From Nitrosopumilus sp. (lineage in GTDB: Archaea; Thermoproteota; Nitrososphaeria; Nitrososphaerales; Nitrosopumilaceae): DNA of 64,000 bases. The notes under the pieces are model-generated. The model worked only from the letters and a program-made list of their open reading frames with translations, was not told where the DNA came from and made no database searches. This document shows, in pieces, positions 1-10,351 of the stretch (its first letter is position 1; the number at the start of each line of letters is the position of its first letter). The position numbers and the translations under genes were made by a program. Where the stretch lies: positions 128,001 through 192,000 of the forward strand of contig CBDBLX010000002.1 of assembly GCA_965207445.1 (NCBI GenBank), in the 5' to 3' direction.

Positions 1-579
1 CCATATCTCTATTTTTTTGCGCAAGCCAGACTTTATGCCATCGGACTCACCAGCATTCAGCGCAGATTCTAGTTTTCTGGTAAATGGTGGTCTACAATCT
101 GGATAATGTGTATCACCTGTATGTGCACCATACGCTACACAAGACGCATCGATTGAAAATGCCCATGCAGTAGCAATTGATAAGAATATTGCATTTCGAA
201 TAGGAACAACAATAGAGTACTCGAACTTGCCAGGCATCTTTTTGTGTGCAACGCCAGTCAAGACGTTTGAGTTGCCATACAACTGTTTCATAAAACTAAT
301 ATCTACAATTCGGTGTTGTTTTAAATTGAGTTTTTTTGCCAATGTCTTGGCACAGCGTACCTCACGATTTGCTTTTTGACCATACACAAACGTAACACCA
401 TACACATCATCGTATCGTTGATTTAGCATAGACGCCACACAAACAGAGTCTATACCGCCACTAAACACAACTACTGCTGCGGTGTGGGTAGTTGTGGGGG
501 TAGTTGTGGTGCCAACAGACGATCTCACATCATCATCATCATCACTCTTTATACGAGCAGACAACTTGTCACCGCCCAT
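1..579 (-). CDS. queC: 7-cyano-7-deazaguanine synthase (runs off the window start; start codon 579 ATG or 566 TTG)
   Basis: Manual translation of the minus strand gives VVVFSGGIDS...VPIRNAIFLSIA...GAHTGDTHYPDCRP. Not in the ORF track because it is truncated by the window edge. Confidence 0.9.
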   Translation of the reverse strand, partial: MGGDKLSARIKSDDDDDVRSSVGTTTTPTTTHTAAVVVFSGGIDSVCVASMLNQRYDDVYGVTFVYGQKANREVRCAKTLAKKLNLKQHRIVDISFMKQLYGNSNVLTGVAHKKMPGKFEYSIVVPIRNAIFLSIATAWAFSIDASCVAYGAHTGDTHYPDCRPPFTRKLESALNAGESDGIKSGLRKKIEIW

Positions 580-1594
580 TTTTACTTGAAACTATCTTTG
601 CATTTCTTGCTATCTTGCAAATTTTGGTCTGGGATTCCACATTTGCAGACTTGAATCCTTTATACATCGCATCTGCTATCTTGCGCTTTGTCTTTGAATC
701 TGCATCAACCATTATCGCAATAACAGATGGTCCAGCACCACTAATCATTACCTCTTTTGCGCCAGCATCAAGTGCATATTTTTTAACAGTATCAAAGCCA
801 GGTATCATGTGCTTTCGTGCAGGCTCTGCGATTACATCAGTAGTTATACCACATCCAAACATTGTATTATTTTTAGTTGCAAGACAGCTGGCAAGTAAAG
901 ATGCATTTGCCATATTTTGTATCGTATTTTTGAGTGTAATTTTTTTAGGTAAGACACCTCTTGAGACCTTTGTCTTTTTATCGGGTACATCAATTACAGG
1001 TATAGCAACACAGAATCTCAAGTTATCAGCAGGCTCAAATCCAATCACAGATATCCTTTGATCAGATGGCCTCACTATAACAAAGCCACCTACAACAGAG
1101 GCAGCTACATTGTCATAGTGTATAGTACCTGCACTTGCCTTTTCGCCTTGACCTGCTGACATTACCAATTGTGTTTGTGTTTGCTTGAGACCAAACAGCG
1201 CGTCGCACGCAACAGCAGCAGCGGCAGCAGATGCAGCACTGCTTCCTAATCCCAAGCCGGTGGGAACACCCTTTTTAATTGAAATCTCAACGTCGTCGTT
1301 GATGTTGTGTTTGTTTAACATGGACTTTACGACCAGTCCTGCTGTGTTAGAGTTCGGATCAGTTGGTAGGGTTGTGGTGGTAGCACCCTCATATTTGATA
1401 GTGATATTGGAAGGGTTGTTTCTATTGTTGTTGCTACTACTATTGTTTTGTTTATCTATTTTTGTAACGGTTATTTCGTCATAAAATGCATCAAGTGCAA
1501 GTCCGAATATATCAAAGCCAGGCCCCAAATTAGCAGAGCTAGAATACGCCCTTGCCGTTTTTTTATTTACAGACTTCACTAGCCTCTTTTTCAT
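569..1594 (-). CDS. thrB: Homoserine kinase
   Basis: SSANLGPGFD, GHMP motif PTGLGLGSSAAS, HYDNVAA, ISGAGPS. Confidence 0.95.
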   Translation of the reverse strand: MKKRLVKSVNKKTARAYSSSANLGPGFDIFGLALDAFYDEITVTKIDKQNNSSSNNNRNNPSNITIKYEGATTTTLPTDPNSNTAGLVVKSMLNKHNINDDVEISIKKGVPTGLGLGSSAASAAAAAVACDALFGLKQTQTQLVMSAGQGEKASAGTIHYDNVAASVVGGFVIVRPSDQRISVIGFEPADNLRFCVAIPVIDVPDKKTKVSRGVLPKKITLKNTIQNMANASLLASCLATKNNTMFGCGITTDVIAEPARKHMIPGFDTVKKYALDAGAKEVMISGAGPSVIAIMVDADSKTKRKIADAMYKGFKSANVESQTKICKIARNAKIVSSKNGR

Positions 1595-1709
1595 ACATGT
1601 ACACCTTTTTTGTTTTCATATTTATTAAATACATGTACATTATCACAAGTATACATTGTATGTGTGGAGCACGCTACTGTATGTTGGCACATTGCACTTT
1701 GACACATAA

Positions 1710-2468
1710 TCAATCCTCCACCTCTTCTCCTCTGTTAAGTATACGGCTCAGTGCTCCTTCTAGAGTCACAAACCCATCACCTGATACATTTGAGATGGGA
1801 ACAAGTCCCTGCGCAAACCCGCCCAAATTCAGTCCTCGCAATATATTGGTAGTCAACGTATACGTCTCACCGTCTGATTCAGCAGCTATCGCATCCTCAA
1901 GTGAATCTAAATTTGTGGACCATTGTAGTATCTTTTTTATCTCCTTTGTAATTAAATCCACTTTTGTGAGTACATTGACAGTCGGCAAGCCAAGTCGAAG
2001 TCTTATTGATGTAGCAAGTAGTGCAATGGATACAAAATTCACCGGCGATGTGATCAATCCTCCATCAAAGAGAAATATAGACATTTTTTCATCTGATGAC
2101 AAGTTGTGCACAACATAACTACCACTTGAACGATATGCAAACAACTCTACTTGTCCTGGAGTATCGACTAAAAGATAGTCAGGGTTTACGTTATTTACTT
2201 GATCTTGTACAACATCTAGTTTTGTGGCCAACAAATCACTTGCCATCATCAATGAACCGTTTGGACCCAGATCATACTGTCGCATTATAGACACAAGATC
2301 AATATGATCTCTGACATCCACATCGCACGTATATGGCATACTCTCAACACCTGCATCAAGATTAAGTATAGCAGCAAAGGCTCCGTTTCGGGTATAATAC
2401 TCGTATAGTTTAGAGGTAAGAAGAGATTTGCCACTACCGGCAGTTCCAGAGATAAATATTGTTTTCAA
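1710..2468 (-). CDS. GPN-loop-type GTPase (ATP_bind_1 family)
   Basis: GTAGSGKS P-loop, LGPNG, DTPGQVELF, TKVD. Confidence 0.9.
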   Translation of the reverse strand: MKTIFISGTAGSGKSLLTSKLYEYYTRNGAFAAILNLDAGVESMPYTCDVDVRDHIDLVSIMRQYDLGPNGSLMMASDLLATKLDVVQDQVNNVNPDYLLVDTPGQVELFAYRSSGSYVVHNLSSDEKMSIFLFDGGLITSPVNFVSIALLATSIRLRLGLPTVNVLTKVDLITKEIKKILQWSTNLDSLEDAIAAESDGETYTLTTNILRGLNLGGFAQGLVPISNVSGDGFVTLEGALSRILNRGEEVED

Positions 2469-2658
2469 CTATTGTATAGCTGCACACCCATTATTCAAAG
2501 CTTGCATATACTCAGGCATACATTAAAATTCAAATACAATAACAACAACATACATTTTATATTAATTGAACACACATTATTGACTTGTTTTGTAATTTAC
2601 TGTATCACAAAAGGATTACAATCCATAATTCATATTTACAGAACTCTAATTTTTTACA

Positions 2659-3714
2659 ATGAATTGGAGACTCGCAATAGTACCAGTAACACTCATACCG
2701 ATTATAATAATTGCCATTCAATTTGACATAAAGCCAGAAGACGTATTTGCAATAGGCATAGTGCCGTTTATTGGAGCAGTAGCTGCAATAATGATGAAAC
2801 TGGTACTCCAAGGTGTAAAATTTGCATACATAACAAGAAAGTATCTTGCAGGATTCGACACCATACGTAAGCTTGTCGGTGTTAGAGTTGGAAGTGAATT
2901 TATTAAATTTACAACCCCAATGTTTATCGGCGCCGAATTTATAGTCATATATTATCTGCATAAAAAAGGCGTCAAACCCTCAAAGTCAACGTGGATTGCA
3001 ATAATGGATATCGTAACAGAAGTGTTAGCAGGAGGCATACTGTCAATCATGGCAGGACTCATTGCGTTGTTTAGTGGATTGTACTTGGTAGCAATAGTGG
3101 TGCTTTCAACTAGTATAACTGTGACTGTATTGTGGATGGTATTGTTTTTGCTATCCTCAAAGCGTACGTTTCAGGTACCTAGAGTATTGGCATCAGTCTC
3201 CATTAGATTGGGCAAGAAAAGAGCGGCCAAATACGTAAAGGAAACTAACATGTGGATGGAAGAAGTATGTAATATGAGCAGAAAACATCTTAAAACATCA
3301 GAGGCTAAAAGAATATTTTTGGTATCGTTTTTGATCTCACTTGCATCATGGTTATTTTATGGAATATCATTTATGATAATAGCAATTGGGCCAGGATATA
3401 TCATCACTGCATTTGATTCAATCATGGCAGTAATGGCAGCAAACGCAATAGGAAATCTACCCATAACAGTAGGTGGTTCGGGTCTTGCCGAATTTGGTAT
3501 TGTGGCGTATCTTCATGACTTGAATCCGTTTAGTTTTACAGATGATATGACAGGCGAAGATGGACTAGTGTGGGATGCAGTTATTGGATGGAGAATTGCC
3601 ACATATTATGTTCCAATTGTGATTACGTGGTTGCTACTAGTAAAGTTGGCACTTAGCAGAGTATCAAATAATCAACAGCCAACTACTACTTCCACAACTA
3701 TCAAGCCACAATGA
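2659..3714 (+). CDS. Flippase-like / lysylphosphatidylglycerol synthase TM-domain membrane protein (UPF0104)
   Basis: Multiple TM helices, TPMFIGAE, LPITVGGSGLAE, WRIATYY. Confidence 0.8.
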   Translation: MNWRLAIVPVTLIPIIIIAIQFDIKPEDVFAIGIVPFIGAVAAIMMKLVLQGVKFAYITRKYLAGFDTIRKLVGVRVGSEFIKFTTPMFIGAEFIVIYYLHKKGVKPSKSTWIAIMDIVTEVLAGGILSIMAGLIALFSGLYLVAIVVLSTSITVTVLWMVLFLLSSKRTFQVPRVLASVSIRLGKKRAAKYVKETNMWMEEVCNMSRKHLKTSEAKRIFLVSFLISLASWLFYGISFMIIAIGPGYIITAFDSIMAVMAANAIGNLPITVGGSGLAEFGIVAYLHDLNPFSFTDDMTGEDGLVWDAVIGWRIATYYVPIVITWLLLVKLALSRVSNNQQPTTTSTTIKPQ

Positions 3715-3846
3715 CAAGTAATTGATAGTGCTCAACCAATGCGTCTGCCCCTTGCCCACTCATTGCTCCCATTGTGCCAAGAAGATATAATGACAAGTAA
3801 TTGGCAATTAACAAGAATTTAATTTAAAACTACATCAACAACATAC

Positions 3847-4521
3847 ATGTCAAATAACAATAGCGACAATAATGGCGACAATAATGTACTTGAAGATCAC
3901 AAAAAAGAGATCTTAAAACTATTAAAAAAGACAGGTGCTGCAAAATTTTCTTTAAAAAAAGAGTTCAAACTAGCATCAGGTGTGATGTCTGATCACTATT
4001 TTGATCTAAGGGTTTTGTGCGGTGAACCCGATGGTATAAGAGCAGTTGCATCTGCGCTATACCACATGACAAGACACCTATATGATGATGATCATGACGA
4101 TGACCAACACACAATGATGCCAAAATCAGTTGGTGGATTAGAATCCGGCTCTATCTCAATTGCAACTGCAATATCATACAAGAGTGCTCAGATGCAACAA
4201 CACGACTCACAATCCAAGAACATGCCTAGTTTATCATCATTTTTTGTACGAAAGAACCGCAAAGAACACGGAACGCAAAAGATGATCGAGGGTGTGATAA
4301 ATGGTCCAGTAGTGGTGATAGTAGATGATGTAATTACAAGTGGTGACTCTGCACTAAAGGCAGTAAATGCCGTACGAAAAGCAGGTTTTAAGTGTGATTA
4401 TTTATTGTGTATAGTGTATAGGGGAACTGATGAGCAAAAAAGGGAGATTGAAAAAGTTGCAAGTATTAGATACCTCTTGACATCAAATGAGATAATCAAA
4501 TATCTTAAAGATACAAAATAA
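3847..4521 (+). CDS. pyrE: Orotate phosphoribosyltransferase
   Basis: FKLASG..SDHYFDLR, VRKNRKEHG, PRPP motif VIVDDVITSGDS. Confidence 0.92.
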   Translation: MSNNNSDNNGDNNVLEDHKKEILKLLKKTGAAKFSLKKEFKLASGVMSDHYFDLRVLCGEPDGIRAVASALYHMTRHLYDDDHDDDQHTMMPKSVGGLESGSISIATAISYKSAQMQQHDSQSKNMPSLSSFFVRKNRKEHGTQKMIEGVINGPVVVIVDDVITSGDSALKAVNAVRKAGFKCDYLLCIVYRGTDEQKREIEKVASIRYLLTSNEIIKYLKDTK

Positions 4522-4587
4522 CAGTAATTGTAAATTTATCTGTTGTTTAGTATATTATTTGTAAAAAGAGGGCGCGGTGGTTTGAGA

Positions 4588-5145
4588 TTAGTACTGTCTA
4601 TGTGGAATACTTCGTCTGATGTGTGCAACTATTGCCTCTCGTTCATCTTTTGCAGTGTATGTTCCACGAAATGCCGATGACAGTACGGTAGCGTCATTTT
4701 TAACACCACGCATCTTCATACAAAGGTGCTCAGCATCTGTCATAACAGCAACGCCACGAACTCCTTGTGAATACAACTCATCTGCAATGTTCTTTGTGAG
4801 TCGTTCTTGAATTTGAAGACGCTTTGAGTATTTTTCAACTAATCTCACAAGTTTTGATATACCAAACACCATCCCATTTGGAGAGTAGGCTATGTGGATC
4901 TTTCCATAAAAAGGCAACATATGATGCTCACACATAGAGTAAAACTGTATATCACAAGCAACCACGGTATCAGAATCCTCTGAGAACTGCACAGAGAGTT
5001 CAGCATCAGAATCGTAGCCACTGAATATCTCCTTGTACATGTTAGTAATACGTTTAGGTGTCTCTCGTAGCCCTTCTCTGGTAGGATCTTCACCTAATTC
5101 TATGAGTATTTCTCTTACTAGGTTCTGCATTCGCTCATCATTCAT
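4588..5145 (-). CDS. folE: GTP cyclohydrolase I
   Basis: REGLRETPKR, SMCEHHMLPF, RLQIQERLT, HLCMKMRG. Confidence 0.95.
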   Translation of the reverse strand: MNDERMQNLVREILIELGEDPTREGLRETPKRITNMYKEIFSGYDSDAELSVQFSEDSDTVVACDIQFYSMCEHHMLPFYGKIHIAYSPNGMVFGISKLVRLVEKYSKRLQIQERLTKNIADELYSQGVRGVAVMTDAEHLCMKMRGVKNDATVLSSAFRGTYTAKDEREAIVAHIRRSIPHRQY

Positions 5146-5213
5146 CTTAATCACTCTACATCAAGTACAGGTGTATATGAAGTTAATTTAGTCTAAAAGG
5201 GGAGAATCAATAT

Positions 5214-5990
5214 TTAAGGCGCACCAATTAATTTGTGAAGTTGTGGAACAACCCTGACATCTGTATAGATAGGTCTTATGGCATCATACATCTCAAGCAA
5301 CAAGTCAAGATCAGGTGCATCTTTTCCATAAACAGGTTGTATAACAAAACCAGATATGGCATTAGTACACCCAGATACAACATCAAGTATTTTTGATGCC
5401 AAGTCTTGTATCTCAGAGACAGCAGTCTTTGAGCTTGCAACGATCTTGATGTATGTTGTGGTTGCAGTTGTGGTTGCAGTTGCTTTATTCCCCCCTTTAA
5501 CATGATTATTATCGGATGTAGCATGTTTAAGACACAAAAGTGCTTGTTCTGTCATCTTTTGGTATTGTTGTTCTGTATTTGTAAATTCAGAGTCACGTGT
5601 CTTGAACTCGATCTTTGCAATGTCAATGTGTGGCAACACAAAGGCAAAACGTTTTGAATCAAAACAAGATGATTCTAAATATGTCAGTATATTTTTATTT
5701 TTTGAATGTACATGTTGTGCCATTTTGGCAACTGCTCTGTGTTGTAAAAGTGGGTCACCTCCAGTAAAGTTCACCTTGTAAGTATGCTCTTGAAGTGACT
5801 CGTCGATCAGTTTTGTTGCATCTCTTATCGTATATTCAACACCAGAATCAAGTGCAAGTGCATCTGTTGTATCGCAATAAAAGCAGGTAAATGGACACCC
5901 TGCTAATCTCACAAAGAGTGTCTTTGTTCCATACAGTATTCCTTCACCCTCTACAGACGTGAATATCTCATACAATCTTACTTTTGACAA
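5214..5990 (-). CDS. queE: 7-carboxy-7-deazaguanine synthase (radical SAM)
   Basis: EIFTSVEGEG, CPFTCFYCDT (CxxxCxxC), TGGDPLLQ, C-terminal PQLHK. Start placed at TTG 5990. Confidence 0.92.
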   Translation of the reverse strand: MSKVRLYEIFTSVEGEGILYGTKTLFVRLAGCPFTCFYCDTTDALALDSGVEYTIRDATKLIDESLQEHTYKVNFTGGDPLLQHRAVAKMAQHVHSKNKNILTYLESSCFDSKRFAFVLPHIDIAKIEFKTRDSEFTNTEQQYQKMTEQALLCLKHATSDNNHVKGGNKATATTTATTTYIKIVASSKTAVSEIQDLASKILDVVSGCTNAISGFVIQPVYGKDAPDLDLLLEMYDAIRPIYTDVRVVPQLHKLIGAP

Positions 5991-6535
5991 GATATCTCTC
6001 CTTTGTAAAATGTAGATGGATTTATTTGGCAATAAATTATACAATATATTATATGATACATTACACGACACATTACACGACATGGCTCAAAACAAGTGAA
6101 TATTTTGTAACTGGTATTTTTTTCAAACGACCCAAATAAAACAAAATTGATATTAGATATTTGATAAATGCACATATAATGATGACATGATTGCATCGTA
6201 ATTTTTGAAATAACACAATAGTCACTTGACATATTAGAAATTTTATTGCAAGGCATTTTAGGATTTGCAAACATCTAGCATCAATACACAAAAGTCTATC
6301 AGTTTTGATAGTAAAACCAAATGATCTACACAACCATATAATGAAAATCACATATGCAATGAAAGAATGAACAGTAGTATCAAGCAAATACTCTATAAAT
6401 TTTAATGAGAAATAGTCACAATAATGATTATATTTTTACAGTCAATTTATCTAGTAAAAAATATATGATTAAATATCAAGATACTAAAATCACAAGTTCT
6501 AAAAAGCCGTGACCGACCAAAAGCAAATAATACAG

Positions 6536-6736
6536 TTATTGGACAATAGGCTCTTTTGCATAAAATAGTCCTGCTATGAAGAATATAATGCCAAGTATGC
6601 CAATAGTGCTACCCACAAGCTCAACCTGGGGTGCATAATTTTCCGCGTCGACAGTAGGTGCCCATAAAAATGCCATTAGTGCTCCTACCACAATCATCGG
6701 AATGCCAACGCCGACAGTTATAGCCCTTGATGCCAT
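6536..6736 (-). CDS. Small two-TM membrane protein
   Basis: 66 aa with two hydrophobic helices and a clean ATG start. Confidence 0.7.
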   Translation of the reverse strand: MASRAITVGVGIPMIVVGALMAFLWAPTVDAENYAPQVELVGSTIGILGIIFFIAGLFYAKEPIVQ

Positions 6737-6850
6737 GATTTACGCCCATCTAAAACGTATATGATGTTTGCGAATAATGGCGATTAAATACTAGATTATC
6801 TGCCTCTCAAATTTTTATCCGTAGCTATGAAAAACAAACAGCCACGCAAC

Positions 6851-7196
6851 GTAACTATTTTGCTTTTTGAAGTGCACACATAAGCTAAAAGATCATGCCA
6901 TTTTTCTGACCATAATAATCTCGGCATTGTATATTCATATATAATCAATTGGCAATGATAACGCGTAGTTGATTACAATACACAGATTGGCACACAGATG
7001 ATTCTGTAGTTTTTAGCCGGGTTTGCATGCCTTGCACAACATATCAAAAAAGCTCTCGCCGCTGATCTTACTTGTTGCAAGCAGTGTGACAATATTGAGT
7101 TGGCCTCCATACCACGAGACGTTCTGTTTCCACTACCACCATCATGTTTTATGGATACAAATACTCGATTAGTTCGTTCAACGTCATAATTGTCTG
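6851..7196 (-). mobile_element. IS66-family end fragment (transposase 3' end plus TIR)
   Basis: Starts GTAACTATTTTGCTTTTTGAAGTG and aligns with 36677-~37017. Encodes DVERTNRVFVSIK..GSGNRTSRGMEANSIL. Confidence 0.9.
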
Positions 7197-7203
7197 ACTG
7201 CAC

Positions 7204-7250
7204 AGGTTCTCCTACAAACGCGGTTGGTGACAATTAATACAGATTTGAAC
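7204..7250. mobile_element. Terminal fragment of the IS6-like element seen at 60262-61063
   Basis: AGGTTCTCCTACAAACGCGGTTGGTGACAATTAATACAGATTTGAAC is close to the reverse complement of 61017-61063. Confidence 0.8.
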
Positions 7251-7445
7251 GTAACCGTTCAGCCCATAATAGTTTCATTAAAGATCCGATAGTTTTCTAA
7301 TATTTTGTATTCATAATATGTGCTCAACTTTGAGATGAATATCAATCAAAATATCGGATCTTTAATCATATCAGTACCCATTCCAAAATTTAGGCACAAA
7401 TTCACCGCCTAACGTCTGGTGCAGGTACGGGGGTTGAACGGTTAC
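7251..7445. mobile_element. MITE family B (GTAACCGTTCA termini, ~80 bp) interrupted by MITE A
   Basis: TIRs GTAACCGTTCA / TGAACGGTTAC. With MITE A removed it matches the reverse complement of 44235-44314. Confidence 0.85.
7267..7376. mobile_element. MITE family A copy 1 (110 bp)
   Basis: Imperfect 25 bp TIR with core ATTAAAGATCCGATA, 4 bp TSD CCCA, four near-identical copies in the window. Confidence 0.95.
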
Positions 7446-7596
7446 TAGTATTTTCAGATGGTATGCAGATTATATCAAAGCACTCGACTAAAACATTGGA
7501 GCACTCTGCAAACAAAATATTTAAAAAATACATAGTTATATATTATATATGAATGAAAGAGATCACAAATCATAACTTTCAGGGGTGGTTTCCGAT

Positions 7597-7815
7597 ATGA
7601 AGAATGTTTTGAATAATAGTAATGATAGCGCCGAACGAAAATTTGGACAACTGCAAGGATACACGAATGAATTAGAACGAATTGCAGATAGTCTATCTGA
7701 CAGTCAATTAAAAGCTGCTGTAAGACATGCCTGTACAATGCTTGCAGGTGGTTTTATAGGATATGGAATTGATGTTATAATTGAGGCGATAAACAATATC
7801 GGGGTGTTGTTATGA
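7597..7815 (+). CDS. Small hypothetical protein with hydrophobic, Gly-containing C-terminus
   Basis: ORF overlapping the next gene by ATGA. Confidence 0.5.
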   Translation: MKNVLNNSNDSAERKFGQLQGYTNELERIADSLSDSQLKAAVRHACTMLAGGFIGYGIDVIIEAINNIGVLL

Positions 7816-8231
7816 AACTGTTATTTTTGGCTGTACTTGTGCCATCCATATATTTTGCAGTAGTGTCATTGCCTGATGTATCTCTAACAAACCCAATTTT
7901 AGATATATTGTCAAATAATAATAATAATCATAATAATTATACACCAAACCTCATACCTGATACGTGGGGGGCAGTTGTTATGATTGCTATAGTATCATTT
8001 TTTGCTCTATCGTATAATACATGGATTGCACCAGATGCCGCATATTCAATGATATGTTTGTGTTTAATGGGGCTTGCAGGTGGTGTGTTATGTGGTCTAT
8101 ATCTCGTGCTGGGCATCTTTGATGGGTTTATCGTGTATGCTCTAACACTAGTATTATATGGGATCACACTTTTTAAAATTATACCAATGGGATTGCATAA
8201 CTTGCGTTTGGTATTTACGCAAACAAAATAA
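7812..8231 (+). CDS. Hypothetical membrane protein (~4 TM)
   Basis: Four hydrophobic segments, translationally coupled to the upstream ORF. Confidence 0.55.
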   Translation: MKLLFLAVLVPSIYFAVVSLPDVSLTNPILDILSNNNNNHNNYTPNLIPDTWGAVVMIAIVSFFALSYNTWIAPDAAYSMICLCLMGLAGGVLCGLYLVLGIFDGFIVYALTLVLYGITLFKIIPMGLHNLRLVFTQTK

Positions 8232-8828
8232 TAGAATAATTTAGCAGCATCTCACCCACGCAAAAGCCCAGATGTCATTTTCTCTATTAAGACAGGGCAG
8301 GTGTACAATTATGTATACACACTTGATATTTATGAATTCGGTGATGTGTCAGGTCCACTGTGGAATGCATCACATGTTATTGTAATTTATGCTCTGTATT
8401 TGCATCGACGCAGTATTTGATGAGTGTCTACAAAATTAAGAGGTGTGGTTGTTTGATTGTTGTGTAATTTGCCAATGTCTAACAGAATACAGTTTACAGT
8501 AGAGATCAGGTACGATTACACGAATGTGTGTTTTGATGCTCAAAAATAAAGTACAAGCATCAGCATCAATTATACTCTTGTGTTAGTTAAAGGATACGAA
8601 GAGATCATTTTTGTCAAAGTAGTAATGAAGAGTCACATGTAATTGATTACAATGTGATATTGTATATGTTAAATGAGGTAAATGCAATCACAAGAGAGTG
8701 ACAGTTCACAGAGAAATGAAAGGGTTATTGATTAGTGGTTGTGGTAAGAAGGTATGTTAGAGTGGAGGAGACTACTTTGTAATATGTACGATATATCGCA
8801 TAAATACAACATACCACATAAGTGCAAC

Positions 8829-10166
8829 ATGTATATGATAACAATAATACTGGCAACTAGCATATTGTTGATTACAGTAGACTACACGACGGCAAATGCT
8901 TTAACAAACCAATACAATGTTTTTAGTGACTATCATACTGTTGAAAATAATCAAAACACTAACAACATGTTTCCAAATAGTGTAATAACCCCATTCCAAT
9001 TCAACGTTTTAGATAGTAATGGGGAAGATAATGCTGACTCTATTTTGTTTGGAAAAAAAGTGTATAGTTGGACTGATAAAGTACACATAACTATTTTCGC
9101 ACCAGATCACAACTTTAACTCTAATGCAATCGACACTATTGGCAACACTGAACATGATTCAGTAAAAATATCTACCAGAGAAGCGACGCTGAAAGACTAC
9201 AAACTAATAGAGACAGGTGTGAACACTGGTATATTCCAAGGTGAGGTCACACTGATCGGTTTTAATCACAATGCAGACGGAGACACAAAGACAGGCTCCA
9301 TGTCAGCAGGATACGACAATCCACAGAGAAGTACGGGTGGGAATGGCCCAAGGGGTGGTTATATTGCAGCTGACAGAGACGATGGAATCACAGTCGCCTT
9401 TGATTACTCAGATGAAATTACAATATCAAACTCGGCAATAATTACATGGAATATTGGAAAAGTGGAATGGCTCAAATCATCATACACAATATCAGATACA
9501 GGCATAATCAGGGTAATTGATCCAGACATGAATTGGAACCCAGATGCTCTTGACAGATTTGAGATAAATGTGAGGTCCGAATCTGAACCTGTTGGAATCA
9601 CACTTGTTGTAACTGAGAGTGGGGAATCCTCTGGAATATTTGAAGGAGCCGTAACGTTTACATCAACTGGTAGATCTTCAGGGGAACAACTCAGAGTTGT
9701 ACAGGGCGATGTCATAACTGCATCATACAAAGACAATACATTACCAAGGCCATACTCTACAGCCGACAGCCAAGAGATAACATCCCAAACCAAAGTTGGT
9801 ACAGTCGTCCCTCCACTTGAGAGAATCAAGGTGTCAGAACCCAAGGTTACAACAGGTTTTGGCACAGATGTCGGTAATACAATATCGGCAGGCCAACAAG
9901 TACAGATAACATCATTGCTTACAAACGAGCAAGACAAAAGACAAAAGTTTGTCTATATTGTAATGATAAATGAACAAGATACCAATACCACAATATCACT
10001 GTCATGGATTATAGGAAGTCTACAAGCAAAACAATCACTTAATGCTGCTGCATCATGGCTACCAAAAACGGCAGGCGAATATACGATAAACGTGTTTGTA
10101 TGGGAGTCCATACCAAATCCAAATGCATTGTCGCCACCATCAAAGATCACAGTTGTAGTAAACTAA
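8829..10166 (+). CDS. Secreted S-layer-like / surface protein of thaumarchaeal type
   Basis: Signal peptide, repeated ETGxxTGIFxGxV motifs, C-terminal Ig-like domain (SWLPKTAGEYTINVFVW). Start uncertain. Confidence 0.7.
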   Translation: MYMITIILATSILLITVDYTTANALTNQYNVFSDYHTVENNQNTNNMFPNSVITPFQFNVLDSNGEDNADSILFGKKVYSWTDKVHITIFAPDHNFNSNAIDTIGNTEHDSVKISTREATLKDYKLIETGVNTGIFQGEVTLIGFNHNADGDTKTGSMSAGYDNPQRSTGGNGPRGGYIAADRDDGITVAFDYSDEITISNSAIITWNIGKVEWLKSSYTISDTGIIRVIDPDMNWNPDALDRFEINVRSESEPVGITLVVTESGESSGIFEGAVTFTSTGRSSGEQLRVVQGDVITASYKDNTLPRPYSTADSQEITSQTKVGTVVPPLERIKVSEPKVTTGFGTDVGNTISAGQQVQITSLLTNEQDKRQKFVYIVMINEQDTNTTISLSWIIGSLQAKQSLNAAASWLPKTAGEYTINVFVWESIPNPNALSPPSKITVVVN

Positions 10167-10351
10167 GTTTTATTCAGTAGTTAAAAGCCAACTGCTATTT
10201 AATAGTACATATATTATACAATGTGTGATACGTGATGCGTGATGTGCGATGTATGTTGAATAATAGTATTGAACATCATATAGTTTTGTATCCACATGAT
10301 GCAAATTCCAAGTACAACGCTGTTTTTAAATTGGGACCATACATAACGCAA

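Noticed and set aside
504..1061. His-tract ORF on the + strand
   Set aside because: Antisense to thrB/queC; the His run mirrors the poly-Asp of QueC
6060..6520. ORFs 5978-6274 and 6073-6387 as genes or a queD remnant
   Set aside because: AT-rich sequence with no recognisable motifs; probably decayed DNA
8260..8310. IS200/IS605-like end hairpin (AAGCCC..GTC...GACAGGGCAGG)
   Set aside because: Weak resemblance, single copy and no tnpA/tnpB remnant recognisable nearby
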